From: Deltaproteobacteria bacterium
GTDB lineage: Bacteria; SAR324; NAC60-12
NCBI GenBank assembly: GCA_038150265.1
Contig: JAYOTF010000019.1
Span: forward strand, 1 to 63,794
Direction: 5' to 3'
Length of the DNA: 63,794 bases
The number at the start of each line of letters is the position of its first letter. The stretch's first letter is position 1. The notes beneath the pieces were generated by a model. That model made no database searches and was not told the DNA's origin. It was given only the letters and a program-made list of their open reading frames with translations. This document shows positions 19,676-29,290 of the stretch, one piece after another. The translations under genes were made by a program, and so were the position numbers.

Positions 19676-20617
19676 ATGAAAGTACTGAAAGCTTTATTCA
19701 CTGCAGCAGCCGTTGCGGCACTGACCCTCTCTCCTCTGACCGGATTTGCACAGGAAGTCAAGAAAATTGGCTTGGCCGTTCCGAACCTGCAGGCGGACTT
19801 CTTCAACCAGATCAAGCTGGGTGTGGAAGGTTATGCCAAGGAGTTGGGCATTGAAGTGATCACCGTGGACGCGAAGAATGACACGGCCACTCAGGTGAGC
19901 CAGGTGCAGGACCTGATGACCCAGAACATTGACGCGTTCATTTACATTCCGGCAGGAGCAGCCGCGGCCGCAGTTCCGACCCGTCTGGCTCGTGCAGAAG
20001 GCATCCCGGTGATCAACGTCGACCGGTATCCGGAAGGCGCCCGTGGCGATACGTTCATTGCTGGCGAGAGCGTTGAATCCTCCTACCAGGTGTGCACCGA
20101 GATCATCAAGCGCGCCGGCGGCAGCGGGGAAATGTTCATGATCCATGGACAAAAGGGAACCACCCCGGAGATCGACCGGACGGCTGGCTGCATGCGAGCA
20201 ATCAACGAAAATCCCGGCGTGAAGCTCGTCGCTGAGCAGTGGACCCAGATGTGGTCTCCGGACGAGGGCTTCTCCATCACGCAGAACCTGATTCAGGCGC
20301 ATCCGAATGTCAAAATGATCTTCGGACAGGCGGATGGCATTGCCATGGGAGCGGCCAAGGCCGTGGACGTGGCCGGCATGACCGATGATGTGATCATTGG
20401 CGGTTACGATGGCGACATCGCCGCACTGGAGTACCTGGCCAAGGGCGAAGGGGCCTTTGTGGTCACCGCGACCCAGCGCACCCAGGCCATGGGACGCATT
20501 GCTGTGGACTCGGCCATTGCCGTGGCCCAGGGCAAGCCGGTCGCCGATGACCAGATCACCATTGCGCGCCTGACGACTCAGGAGCAAGCCGGTGGTTACG
20601 CCAAGAATCACCCGTAA
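19676..20617 (+). CDS. Sugar ABC transporter periplasmic binding protein (RbsB-like)
   Basis: Signal peptide, NLQADFF, GIPVINVDR, GYDG. Confidence 0.9.
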   Translation: MKVLKALFTAAAVAALTLSPLTGFAQEVKKIGLAVPNLQADFFNQIKLGVEGYAKELGIEVITVDAKNDTATQVSQVQDLMTQNIDAFIYIPAGAAAAAVPTRLARAEGIPVINVDRYPEGARGDTFIAGESVESSYQVCTEIIKRAGGSGEMFMIHGQKGTTPEIDRTAGCMRAINENPGVKLVAEQWTQMWSPDEGFSITQNLIQAHPNVKMIFGQADGIAMGAAKAVDVAGMTDDVIIGGYDGDIAALEYLAKGEGAFVVTATQRTQAMGRIAVDSAIAVAQGKPVADDQITIARLTTQEQAGGYAKNHP

Positions 20618-20631
20618 TCCCTGTTAGCCCC

Positions 20632-22125
20632 ATGACCTCCACGGCAAAAGCACCGATTCTCGCGTTGCGAGAGGTCGGGAAAACGTATGGCCCCACAACG
20701 GTCTTACAAGGAGTGGATTTGGAGATCTACGCCGGGGAGGTTGTGGCGCTTTTAGGGGAAAATGGAGCCGGCAAGTCCACTCTCTCCGGGATCATTGCTG
20801 GCTCCATTCAGCCTTCACGCGGGAGCATGAGCTGGCTGGGCACGCCTTACCAGCCCGGGACTCCCCGAGAGGCAATGGATGCGGGAATTGGCCTGATTCA
20901 CCAGGAATTGCGGCTCCTTCCCCAGCTGACCATTGCCGAAAACATCTTTGTGGGCCGGTATCCCACGAAGCGAGGACTGGTCGACCGCAAACAGATGGAA
21001 GCGGAGGCCACCGAGCAGATGCGCCGGTTGGGCCTGAAGATGCCTGCAAACCGAAAGGTGGACGGGCTTTCCACTGCCAACCAGCAGCTCATTGAAATTG
21101 CCAAGGCCCTGACGCTGAATGCAAAGCTGCTGATCCTCGATGAGCCGACTGCAGCCCTGGGGGGCGCGGAAACGACCCTCCTCTTTGAGCAGATCGACAA
21201 GCTCCGCTCCGAGGGCGTCGGGATCATCTACATCTCGCACCGGCTTGAGGAGATCAAGCGCGTTGCCGACCGCATCGTCGTTCTTCGAGACGGTGAGAAG
21301 GTCAAGGAGTTTGGTTCTGCCGACCTGCCGGTTCGGACCATCGTGGAGAGCATGGTGGGCCGGAGCCTGGAGCAGGTCTTTCCTCCACGGCCGACCCCGG
21401 GAAGGGACGTGGTTCTGGAGGTCAAGAACTTCTCTGGCGCCAATGATGCCTTCCAAAACGTCAACTTTCAGGTGCATCAGGGCGAAATCCTGGGCATTGC
21501 CGGACTGGTGGGCGCAGGGCGGACCGAGCTGGTTCGGGCCATCACCGGCGCGGATCCGATTCAATCCGGAAGCGTCTTCCTCAAGGGAAAGGAGATCACT
21601 CCCCGAAACCCGAAGATGGCCATCTCCGAGGGCATGGTGCTGGTTCCGGAAGACCGCAAGCTCCAGGGCCTGGTGCTCACCCACAGCATCGCGGAAAACA
21701 TCACCTACTCGAACCTGGGGAGCATCGCCCAAAAGGGTTGGATTTTTAAGAAAAAGGCCCGCAACTTTGCTCAGGACAACATCACCCGTTTTGGGGTCAA
21801 GGGGGGGCCGGATCAGGATGCCAACGAGCTTTCCGGAGGCAACCAGCAGAAGGTGGTGCTGGCCAAGTGGCTCGCCAGCCAACCCGTTGTGGTGTTCCTC
21901 GATGAGCCCACGCGGGGAATTGACGTCGGGGCTCGCTCTTCCATTTACGAACTGATCCACGGCCTTGCGGAAAAGGGCGTGGCCGTTGTGGTGGTCAGCT
22001 CAGACCTTGAGGAAGTGCTGGGCGTGTCCAATCGGATCCTCGTCATGGCCCAGGGACGGCAGGCCGGGATTCTGGAGCAGGATCAACTCAATGACGTCTC
22101 GGTGATGGAACTGGCCACCTCATGA
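20632..22125 (+). CDS. Sugar ABC transporter ATPase (RbsA-like, two ABC domains)
   Basis: GENGAGKST, LDEPTA, YISHRL, LSGGNQQK, DEPTRGIDVG. Confidence 0.93.
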   Translation: MTSTAKAPILALREVGKTYGPTTVLQGVDLEIYAGEVVALLGENGAGKSTLSGIIAGSIQPSRGSMSWLGTPYQPGTPREAMDAGIGLIHQELRLLPQLTIAENIFVGRYPTKRGLVDRKQMEAEATEQMRRLGLKMPANRKVDGLSTANQQLIEIAKALTLNAKLLILDEPTAALGGAETTLLFEQIDKLRSEGVGIIYISHRLEEIKRVADRIVVLRDGEKVKEFGSADLPVRTIVESMVGRSLEQVFPPRPTPGRDVVLEVKNFSGANDAFQNVNFQVHQGEILGIAGLVGAGRTELVRAITGADPIQSGSVFLKGKEITPRNPKMAISEGMVLVPEDRKLQGLVLTHSIAENITYSNLGSIAQKGWIFKKKARNFAQDNITRFGVKGGPDQDANELSGGNQQKVVLAKWLASQPVVVFLDEPTRGIDVGARSSIYELIHGLAEKGVAVVVVSSDLEEVLGVSNRILVMAQGRQAGILEQDQLNDVSVMELATS

Positions 22126-22301
22126 CCTTCAGGCGCCTCCTGAAGCAGCAGGTCTCGCTCCTCATCGACCCCGTGAGCCTGAAGGGAAGGCGCTCACTGC
22201 TGGCCTGTCCCTCCAGTTGGCTCCACAATGAATGGAAGGAGGGGGGCGAGCGGTCGCCTCACCTCCGTTTTTGACCGATACCCCTATCCTTCAGGAGGAA
22301 G

Positions 22302-23090
22302 ATGCAAAACGACTCATTGAATGCCCCCCAGCTTTTTGACCTCACCGGACGCGTGGCACTTGTCACGGGTGCCGGAAGTGGCATCGGCCAGCGCATTGCC
22401 GTGGGACTCGCCCAGTGTGGGGCCGACATCGCCTGCCTCGACCGGCGCGAAGACGACGGCCTGCAGGACACGCTGGCCCAGATTGCGGCAGCGGGACGCA
22501 AGGGCCTGGCGCTGCAGGCCGATGTGACCTCAAAGGCGATGCTGCAGGAAGCGGTTGCCCGAACCGAAGCCGAGTTGGGCGCCCTCCGGATTGCCGTGAA
22601 TTCCGCCGGCATTGCCAACGCAAATCCCTGTGAAGACATGGAAGAAGACCAGTACCAGACCCTCATGGACATCAACATGAAGGGCGTCTTCTTTTCCTGT
22701 CAGGAGGAAGCCCGGGCGATGCTCCGACACGGAGCCGGAAGCATCATCAACATTGCGTCCATGTCGGGCGTGATTGTCAACCGAGGCCTGGAGCAGGTGC
22801 ACTACAACTCCTCCAAGGCGGGGGTGATTCACATGACCAAGAGCATGGCCATGGAGTGGGTCCAGCGGGGCATCCGCGTCAACTCGATCAGCCCAGGTTA
22901 CACGGCCACTCCCATGAACACCCGCCCGGAGATGGTCCATCAGACCAAGGAATTTGAAGCACAGACCCCAATGGGACGCATGGCTTCGGTCAACGAGATG
23001 GTGGGACCCGCCATCTTCCTGGCCAGTGATGCCTCCTCCTACTGCACCGGCGTGGATCTGCTGGTGGATGGGGGCTTCTGCTGCTGGTAA
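22302..23090 (+). CDS. Short-chain dehydrogenase (probable polyol/sugar dehydrogenase)
   Basis: TGAGSGIG, NSAGI, ASMSG, catalytic YNSSK, RVNSISPG. Confidence 0.88.
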   Translation: MQNDSLNAPQLFDLTGRVALVTGAGSGIGQRIAVGLAQCGADIACLDRREDDGLQDTLAQIAAAGRKGLALQADVTSKAMLQEAVARTEAELGALRIAVNSAGIANANPCEDMEEDQYQTLMDINMKGVFFSCQEEARAMLRHGAGSIINIASMSGVIVNRGLEQVHYNSSKAGVIHMTKSMAMEWVQRGIRVNSISPGYTATPMNTRPEMVHQTKEFEAQTPMGRMASVNEMVGPAIFLASDASSYCTGVDLLVDGGFCCW

Positions 23091-23124
23091 GGATCCTCAT
23101 TAATTTTCTTTCCCAAGAGAGCAC

Positions 23125-23955
23125 ATGAACCCATTCTCTTTGTCCGTTCCGGAGCTGGAACGAAAGGCGAGAGCGGTTCGTCGGCGCATCATCAACCTGA
23201 ACGCGAACAGTCCAGCAGGAGGACACACCGGGGCCGATCTGTCCCAGGTGGAGGTCCTGACGGCTCTTTACTTTCGCCTGCTGGATTGTGCGCCTGATCG
23301 CCTGAACGATCCGGACCGAGACATTTACATTCAGTCGAAGGGCCACGGCGTGGGCGGTTACTACTGTGTGCTGGCTGAGGCCGGCTACTTCCCGGAGGCG
23401 TGGCTCGAGACGTACCAGCACAGCGACTCCAAACTGCCCGGACACCCGGTCCGCCAGAAGACCCCAGGCATTGAGCTGAACACCGGCGCGCTCGGGCACG
23501 GCCTGCCTGTGGCCGTGGGACTCGCCCTGGCCGCCAAGCGCAGCAACAGCCCCCGGAAGGTGTATGCCCTCACAGGAGACGGCGAGCTGGCGGAAGGCAG
23601 CAACTGGGAAGCGGCGCTGGTGGCCGCGCACTATCAGCTCGACAACCTGGTCATCATCAATGACCGGAACCAGCTGCAACTCGCCGGACCCACCCGGGAG
23701 ATCATGAACACCGATCCACTTCCTGACAAGTGGCGGGCCTTTGGTTTGGAGGTCTCCGAGTGTTCCGGCAACGACATGCACTCCGTGGTGCAGACGCTGG
23801 AGCGGTTGACCCGTAACGGGAAGCCCAATGTGGTGGTGTCGACCACCAGGAAAGGAGCGGGCATTTCATTCATTGAGGGACGTCCGGAGTGGCACCACCG
23901 GGTTCCGAAAGGCGAGGAAGTCACTTTGGCCCTGGAGGAGTTGAAAGATGAGTAA
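23125..23955 (+). CDS. Split transketolase, N-terminal TPP-binding subunit
   Basis: GGHTG, SKGH, LPGHP, TGALGHG, GDGELAEG. Confidence 0.9.
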   Translation: MNPFSLSVPELERKARAVRRRIINLNANSPAGGHTGADLSQVEVLTALYFRLLDCAPDRLNDPDRDIYIQSKGHGVGGYYCVLAEAGYFPEAWLETYQHSDSKLPGHPVRQKTPGIELNTGALGHGLPVAVGLALAAKRSNSPRKVYALTGDGELAEGSNWEAALVAAHYQLDNLVIINDRNQLQLAGPTREIMNTDPLPDKWRAFGLEVSECSGNDMHSVVQTLERLTRNGKPNVVVSTTRKGAGISFIEGRPEWHHRVPKGEEVTLALEELKDE

Positions 23956-24892
23956 CCGAGAGCACTTAGCCAATGTGATGGTCCAATGCTTCATTGAGGC
24001 CGTGGAAGAGGGCTTGGACCTCTGGCCGGTGGTGGCGGACTCCACGTCAACCTCCAAGATCAAACCCTTTCTGGAACGGTTTCCTGACCGCCTCATCAAC
24101 GTTGGCATTGCCGAGCAGGTGATGGTCGGAACCGCGGCTGGCTTGGCCCTGGGCGGGAAAATTGCGTGTACCTGCAACGCCGCGCCGTTTCTGGTCTCAC
24201 GGGCCAATGAGCAGGTCAAGATTGACGTCTGTTACAACAATACCAACGTGAAGCTCTTTGGCCTCAACGCCGGAGCCAGCTATGGCCCCCTCGCCAGCAC
24301 GCACCACAGCATTGATGACATTGCGGTGATGCGAGGGTTTGGCAACATTGAAATCTATGCGCCGTCTTGCCCCCGGGAAGCGCGGCAGCTCATCGCCTAC
24401 GCGCTGCGCTCCAGTGCGCCCACGTACATCCGGATGGACGGCAAACCGCTGCCTGTGCTGCATCCGGAAGCGTATCAGTTCCAGCCCGGCAAGGTGGATG
24501 TGCTCCGCGAGGGGAAGGACGTGGTGCTGGTGGGGCTGGGCTCCACGGTTCATGAGACGGTTGAGGCTGCGGCGCTGCTTGCCGAAAAGGGGCACCCTCC
24601 GGGTGTGCTGAGCCTTTCCTCCATTCGGCCGTGTGACCGAGACGCGCTGGCGGCTCAGCTTCAGAAGTACGCCCGGGTGATTTCCGTTGAAGAGCACAAC
24701 GTCAATGGAGGTGCCGGAAGCCTGGTGGCGGAGGTGATTGCCGAGTATGGCCTCTCGACGACGTTGAAGCGCCTGGGCATTCAAGATGGCGGATACGCCA
24801 TTGCCGGAGACCGAGCCTCCACGCGACGGCATCACCAGATTGACGCTCAGGGCATTGCGGAGGTCGCCGAGTCCCTGCTGGTCCCTGCGTAA
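23948..24892 (+). CDS. Split transketolase, C-terminal subunit
   Basis: NVGIAEQ, RANEQ, STHHSIDD, VEEHNVNGG. Confidence 0.9.
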   Translation: MSNREHLANVMVQCFIEAVEEGLDLWPVVADSTSTSKIKPFLERFPDRLINVGIAEQVMVGTAAGLALGGKIACTCNAAPFLVSRANEQVKIDVCYNNTNVKLFGLNAGASYGPLASTHHSIDDIAVMRGFGNIEIYAPSCPREARQLIAYALRSSAPTYIRMDGKPLPVLHPEAYQFQPGKVDVLREGKDVVLVGLGSTVHETVEAAALLAEKGHPPGVLSLSSIRPCDRDALAAQLQKYARVISVEEHNVNGGAGSLVAEVIAEYGLSTTLKRLGIQDGGYAIAGDRASTRRHHQIDAQGIAEVAESLLVPA

Positions 24893-25098
24893 TCGGACGT
24901 CCCGGACGCCCCCATGTTTACCGGCCCCGTCGTGAAACCGGAGCTGTACGCGGTCTTTTTCCTCCCTACCGCCTCAGGTGCGCTTCACGTCGGGACCACC
25001 CGATTTTCGGAACGGTTACCGTTCCCCTGCCTCACGCCGAATCCCCTTGGGTTTGGCGTCACGGATGAACTGACTGCCCCTAAGTTTTGGAGAAAACC

Positions 25099-26577
25099 AT
25101 GGACACCGCCCCCCTCCTGCTTGCCATTGATGAAGGCACCACCAACGCCAAGGCCATTTGCCTGTCTCAAGAGGGGCAGATTCTTTCCAAGGGGTCGCAC
25201 GCGTTGAGCGTGTCGCACCCGCAACCGGCGTGGTCGGAGCAGGACCCTCAGGCCATTTTGCAGGGGGTGCAGCTTGCGGTGGCACAAGCACTCGAAGGCG
25301 TGGGAAACCGTCCCCTTGCCGGCATTGGTGTGAGCAACCAGCGGGAGTCGATTCTGCTCTGGGAGCGCTCCACGGGGCAGCCCGTGTCTCCGGTGGTGAT
25401 CTGGCAGTGCCGTCGCTCTCTGGAGATCTGCCAGCAGCTTGCACAGTCGGAACAGGCCGCGGTGGTGCAGCACAAAACCGGACTGCCCGTGGATCCGCTC
25501 TTTCCGGCAGCCAAGGTGCAGTGGCTGCTTCAGACGATTCCCGATGCCCGGAGTCGGGCGGAAAACGGAGAGCTGTGCTGTGGCACCATTGACACCTGGC
25601 TGGTCTGGAACCTGACGGGCGGGCAGGAGTTTGTGACCGATGCCTCCAATGCCTCCCGGACGCAACTCCTCAACCTCTTTGACCAGCAGTGGGATGACGA
25701 GTTGCTGGCCATCTTCGACATTCCCCGGGTCTGCCTGCCCGAGGTCAAGCCGTCTGCGGCTCCTCGCGGGGTCACCCGAGGCTTCCCCGGGCTTCCGGAT
25801 GGAATTCCGGTGCTGGCGCAGATTGGCGATTCGCATGCCTCGCTTTACGGGCAGGGCGGGTTTCTCCCGGGCATGATCAAGGCGTCTTACGGCACCGGTA
25901 GCTCGTTGATGACACCCGTCGCTCAGGTGTCCGGAGACGACTACCGGCTCGCCCGGACCATCGCCTGGAATGACGGCCAACTCACTTATGCACTGGAGGG
26001 GAACATCACCCACACGGGCGCGGGCGTGGGCTTCATGTCACGGGTGCTGGGAAAGAGCGTTGAGGAAATGGCTCGGCTCGCTGCTGAACAGGAGGGGAAT
26101 GACGGGGTCTACTTTGTTCCGGCGCTTTCGGGACTCGGCGCCCCGCACTGGAAGGCGGATGCCACCGGTTTGATCACGGGCCTCACGGATCATGTGACCC
26201 CTGCAACGCTCTCACGGGCGGCCATCGAGTCAATGGCCTTTCAGGTGGCCGATGTGTTTTACCTGATGGAAGAGATGTCCGGAACCTCGCTGGACGCGGT
26301 GCTGGTGGACGGAGGCGCCACCCACAACGACTGGCTCATGCAGTTCCAGGCAAACGTTCTGCAACGCCCCCTCATCCGCAACAACACGGCTGAAGTTTCC
26401 GCCATTGGTGCCGGATACCTGGCCGGCAAGGCGCTCGGCTGGTGGCCCACACGAGACGACCTGGGGCTGCTGAAACGCTACACGCAGACCATTGAACCCT
26501 CCTTGCCTCCGGGAGCGCTTGAGGCCAGCTACGACGGCTGGAAGCAGGCGGTTGCCCGGACCCTCTTCGACGGCTAG
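25099..26577 (+). CDS. FGGY-family carbohydrate kinase (glycerol kinase-like)
   Basis: AIDEGTTN, NQRE, WQCRR, TDASNASRT, GDSHA, YGTG, DGG. Confidence 0.88.
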   Translation: MDTAPLLLAIDEGTTNAKAICLSQEGQILSKGSHALSVSHPQPAWSEQDPQAILQGVQLAVAQALEGVGNRPLAGIGVSNQRESILLWERSTGQPVSPVVIWQCRRSLEICQQLAQSEQAAVVQHKTGLPVDPLFPAAKVQWLLQTIPDARSRAENGELCCGTIDTWLVWNLTGGQEFVTDASNASRTQLLNLFDQQWDDELLAIFDIPRVCLPEVKPSAAPRGVTRGFPGLPDGIPVLAQIGDSHASLYGQGGFLPGMIKASYGTGSSLMTPVAQVSGDDYRLARTIAWNDGQLTYALEGNITHTGAGVGFMSRVLGKSVEEMARLAAEQEGNDGVYFVPALSGLGAPHWKADATGLITGLTDHVTPATLSRAAIESMAFQVADVFYLMEEMSGTSLDAVLVDGGATHNDWLMQFQANVLQRPLIRNNTAEVSAIGAGYLAGKALGWWPTRDDLGLLKRYTQTIEPSLPPGALEASYDGWKQAVARTLFDG

Positions 26578-26691
26578 TGCTCAGGAGGAAGGTCCGGTTT
26601 CTGAACTCGTGGCCTCGGTGCCCCCGGCCAGGGGGAGCATGGGCGCTCCCAGAGCCCGGAACTTCCTCCTCAAGCATTTTTGCAATTTTCT

Positions 26692-26700
26692 TGATATACT
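26692..26700 (+). promoter_or_regulatory. Extended -10 promoter element for the SorC regulator
   Basis: TG-A-TATACT about 140 bp upstream of the ATG. Confidence 0.45.
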
Positions 26701-26838
26701 GCGCTCCCTGCACGCCTCCCTAAAGTGAGGCCTCGTTTTGGAGGAACCCTTGACGAGGAACCGGTGCCCCCGAATTTCTGGAGGCCCAGGCTTCCGGGAG
26801 GCCCCTCGTCCATTGGAACCGCCTTGATTTGAAACGTT

Positions 26839-27783
26839 ATGATTCCTCAAAATGAGCTTCGGCTGTTGGTGAAGGTGGCAACGCTGTATTACAATGAGGG
26901 ACTGAAACAAAAGGAAATTGCCCAAAAACTCGACCTCTCTCAGTCACAGGTTTCCCGCTTTCTTGGACGGTGCTTATCAGAGGGAATCGTCAAGATCAGC
27001 GTTCACCAGCCGTCCAACATCTTTGTCTCCCTTGAAGAACACATTCAGCAACGCTACGGCATCACGCAGGCCGTGATTGTGGATGTGCCAGATGATCCTC
27101 CGGTGGGAATCATTCGGTCGGCCATTGGCACTGCGGCCATGCACTACCTCCGGATGACGCTGAAGAAGGACGACCTGATTGGCATTTCTTCATGGAGTGA
27201 GACCATCCGAGCGATGCTGGAGCACATGCCTCCTTCTCCGACGCCTGCAGGAGGGGTGGTGCAGATCCTTGGGGGGGTGGGCATGAATGGCAACCTGCAT
27301 GCGACCATGCTGACCTACTCGCTGGCACGCCTGCTGGGGTGCGAACCGTACCTGCTGCCTGCACACAGCGTGGAGCGCTCGGTGGAAGAGAAGGAGCGGA
27401 TCCTCCAGGAACGGGAAGTCCGGAGCGTGGTGGAAAAGTTCAGCTCCATTGACATTGCCATTGTGGGCGTCGGGTCCACCGAACCGTCTTCCATGGTCCG
27501 AGATTCCGGAAACAACTACCTGCAGGAAATGGTGTCTCGCCTCAAGGAACAGGGCGCTGTGGGAGACATCTGCCTCCATTACTATGACGCACAGGGTCAA
27601 GCGATTCTGGAGGACCACGAGGACCCGGTTGTTTCCATGAGCCTGGAGCAAATCAAGCAGTGTCCTCGTGTGGTGGCTTTGGCCGGAGGGTTGGACAAGG
27701 TGGAATCAATTCGGGCCGCTTTGATCGGGGGCCTGATTGATGTCTTGGTGACCGACCGGATCACCGCCAGCGAACTGGTCTGA
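26839..27783 (+). CDS. SorC/LsrR-family sugar-binding transcriptional regulator
   Basis: VATLYY..G.KQKEIA..L.LSQSQVSR HTH, GAVGDI, ALIGGLIDVLVTD. Confidence 0.9.
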   Translation: MIPQNELRLLVKVATLYYNEGLKQKEIAQKLDLSQSQVSRFLGRCLSEGIVKISVHQPSNIFVSLEEHIQQRYGITQAVIVDVPDDPPVGIIRSAIGTAAMHYLRMTLKKDDLIGISSWSETIRAMLEHMPPSPTPAGGVVQILGGVGMNGNLHATMLTYSLARLLGCEPYLLPAHSVERSVEEKERILQEREVRSVVEKFSSIDIAIVGVGSTEPSSMVRDSGNNYLQEMVSRLKEQGAVGDICLHYYDAQGQAILEDHEDPVVSMSLEQIKQCPRVVALAGGLDKVESIRAALIGGLIDVLVTDRITASELV

Positions 27784-28020
27784 GCCTGGTGGTCTGGCCT
27801 GACGCGCAGATCGGCCCTTGATCGTCTGAGGCGATCTGTTAAATTGAAAAGATCTGTTCCGCCACTCCTCGTGCCGCTTCCTGCCTATGCACTCACCCCG
27901 ATGATCCCTCTCGTTTTCCCTGAAAAATAACCATTTTTTGATCAGCGTCCGTGACGAACGGGTGCTTGTTGACCCCTTGCATTCGTAACGAGCGGGTACG
28001 CTTTACCCAAGAAAGTAGTG

Positions 28021-28509
28021 ATGAATTCGTTTTTCCAAAAAATAGTATTTTTATTTGTTTTCCTGACGGTTGGTTTCGGTGCAGGAGCCTTCGCTGCCGG
28101 GGCTCCGGGACAGGTGTACCTGGAGGAGTGCAGCGCGTGTCACACCGCTTACCCTCCGGTGTTTTTGCCACAAAAATCGTGGGACCAGCTGCTGCTGCAC
28201 CTGGATCATCACTTTGGCCAGAATGCGGAATTGATTGACTCGGGAACGCTCCAGAGCCTGCAGCTCTTTTTGAGCAAGAACAACTTTGACCACTCCCGGA
28301 TTCGGCAACGCTACGGAAGTCGTTTTGACACACCCGGCACGCCCCTCCGGGTGACAGAAACCCGCTTCTTTCAGGCCATCCATCATGAAATTCCAGACCG
28401 GTACGTGACGCAAAACCCGAAGGTGAAGACGTTTGCTCGCTGTGCAGCCTGTCACCAGGGCGCGGATCAGGGAAACTTTGATGAGCGGGGGATCCGCATT
28501 CCCCGCTAG
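28021..28509 (+). CDS. Dihaem cytochrome c (DHC family)
   Basis: Signal peptide, YLEECSACHTAYPP, LDHHFG, second haem motif CAACH. Confidence 0.88.
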   Translation: MNSFFQKIVFLFVFLTVGFGAGAFAAGAPGQVYLEECSACHTAYPPVFLPQKSWDQLLLHLDHHFGQNAELIDSGTLQSLQLFLSKNNFDHSRIRQRYGSRFDTPGTPLRVTETRFFQAIHHEIPDRYVTQNPKVKTFARCAACHQGADQGNFDERGIRIPR

Positions 28510-28588
28510 GAGAAGCTGCGGCAAGGCGGCGCCCGGTGGGGGCACGGAAGGAGGAGCGTGCCGACCGGGCAGAGTTGGTCAGCGTCGA

Positions 28589-29158
28589 TCAGCTGTGAGC
28601 CGGAAGGGCGTCGAAGTAGCCCTTGATGTAAACCCAACCGGTCCAAACCGACTGGGCCGTCGCCAGCCAGAGCAGAGCGGTGCCGATTTCGTGACAGGGC
28701 AGCCAGAGGGTCTCGTAGTGGATGATGAGGAACCCGGTGGCGGTCATCTGGGAGATCGTCTTCCACTTTCCCCCGGTGTTGGCCGCAATGACAATGTTAT
28801 CGGCGGCGGCAACTGCCCGCAGGCCGGTAACGGTCAACTCGCGGGCAATCAGCAAGGCCACCAGCCACGCAGAGGCCCGCCCCATGTCCACCAGCAGGAT
28901 CAGGAGGCTGCCCACCAGCAGCTTGTCGGCCACCGGGTCCAGCAGCTTTCCCAGCTTGGTGGTCATGGCCTGGTGCCGGGCCAGCATGCCGTCCCACCAG
29001 TCCGTCAGGCAGGCAATGAAGAAGAGGATCCATCCGAAAAAGAGCCAGTTGGGCGACTCAGGGGCCAGCTCCATCACCAAGGCGACTGGCAGAATCAGAA
29101 CAACGCGTGCGGCAGTCAGGTGGTTGGCGGTGAGCCAACGAGAGACGAAGTTGAGCAT
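28589..29158 (-). CDS. pgsA: CDP-diacylglycerol--glycerol-3-phosphate 3-phosphatidyltransferase
   Basis: NHLT..R, TDWWDGMLAR..TKLGKLLDPVADK, GKWKT. Confidence 0.92.
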   Translation of the reverse strand: MLNFVSRWLTANHLTAARVVLILPVALVMELAPESPNWLFFGWILFFIACLTDWWDGMLARHQAMTTKLGKLLDPVADKLLVGSLLILLVDMGRASAWLVALLIARELTVTGLRAVAAADNIVIAANTGGKWKTISQMTATGFLIIHYETLWLPCHEIGTALLWLATAQSVWTGWVYIKGYFDALPAHS

Positions 29159-29290
29159 GAGAAGGATCGGAGCTTGAGTTTTTCGGCTGAAAAGTGACAA
29201 TTCTCACGCATTTCGCGCAAATGTCGAGGCATTCTCTGAGCCTCGTCAAAACAAAACGCCCGCAGAATCCTTTCCCAACGGAAACCCTTC

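Noticed and set aside
25099..26577. Calling the kinase glpK
   Set aside because: It is glycerol-kinase-like, but sits with a transketolase and SDR and no glpD or glpF, so the substrate is probably different.
26679..26700. Possible SahR box (CTTGATAT half-site)
   Set aside because: The left arm does not complete the palindrome. It is better explained as an extended -10 element.
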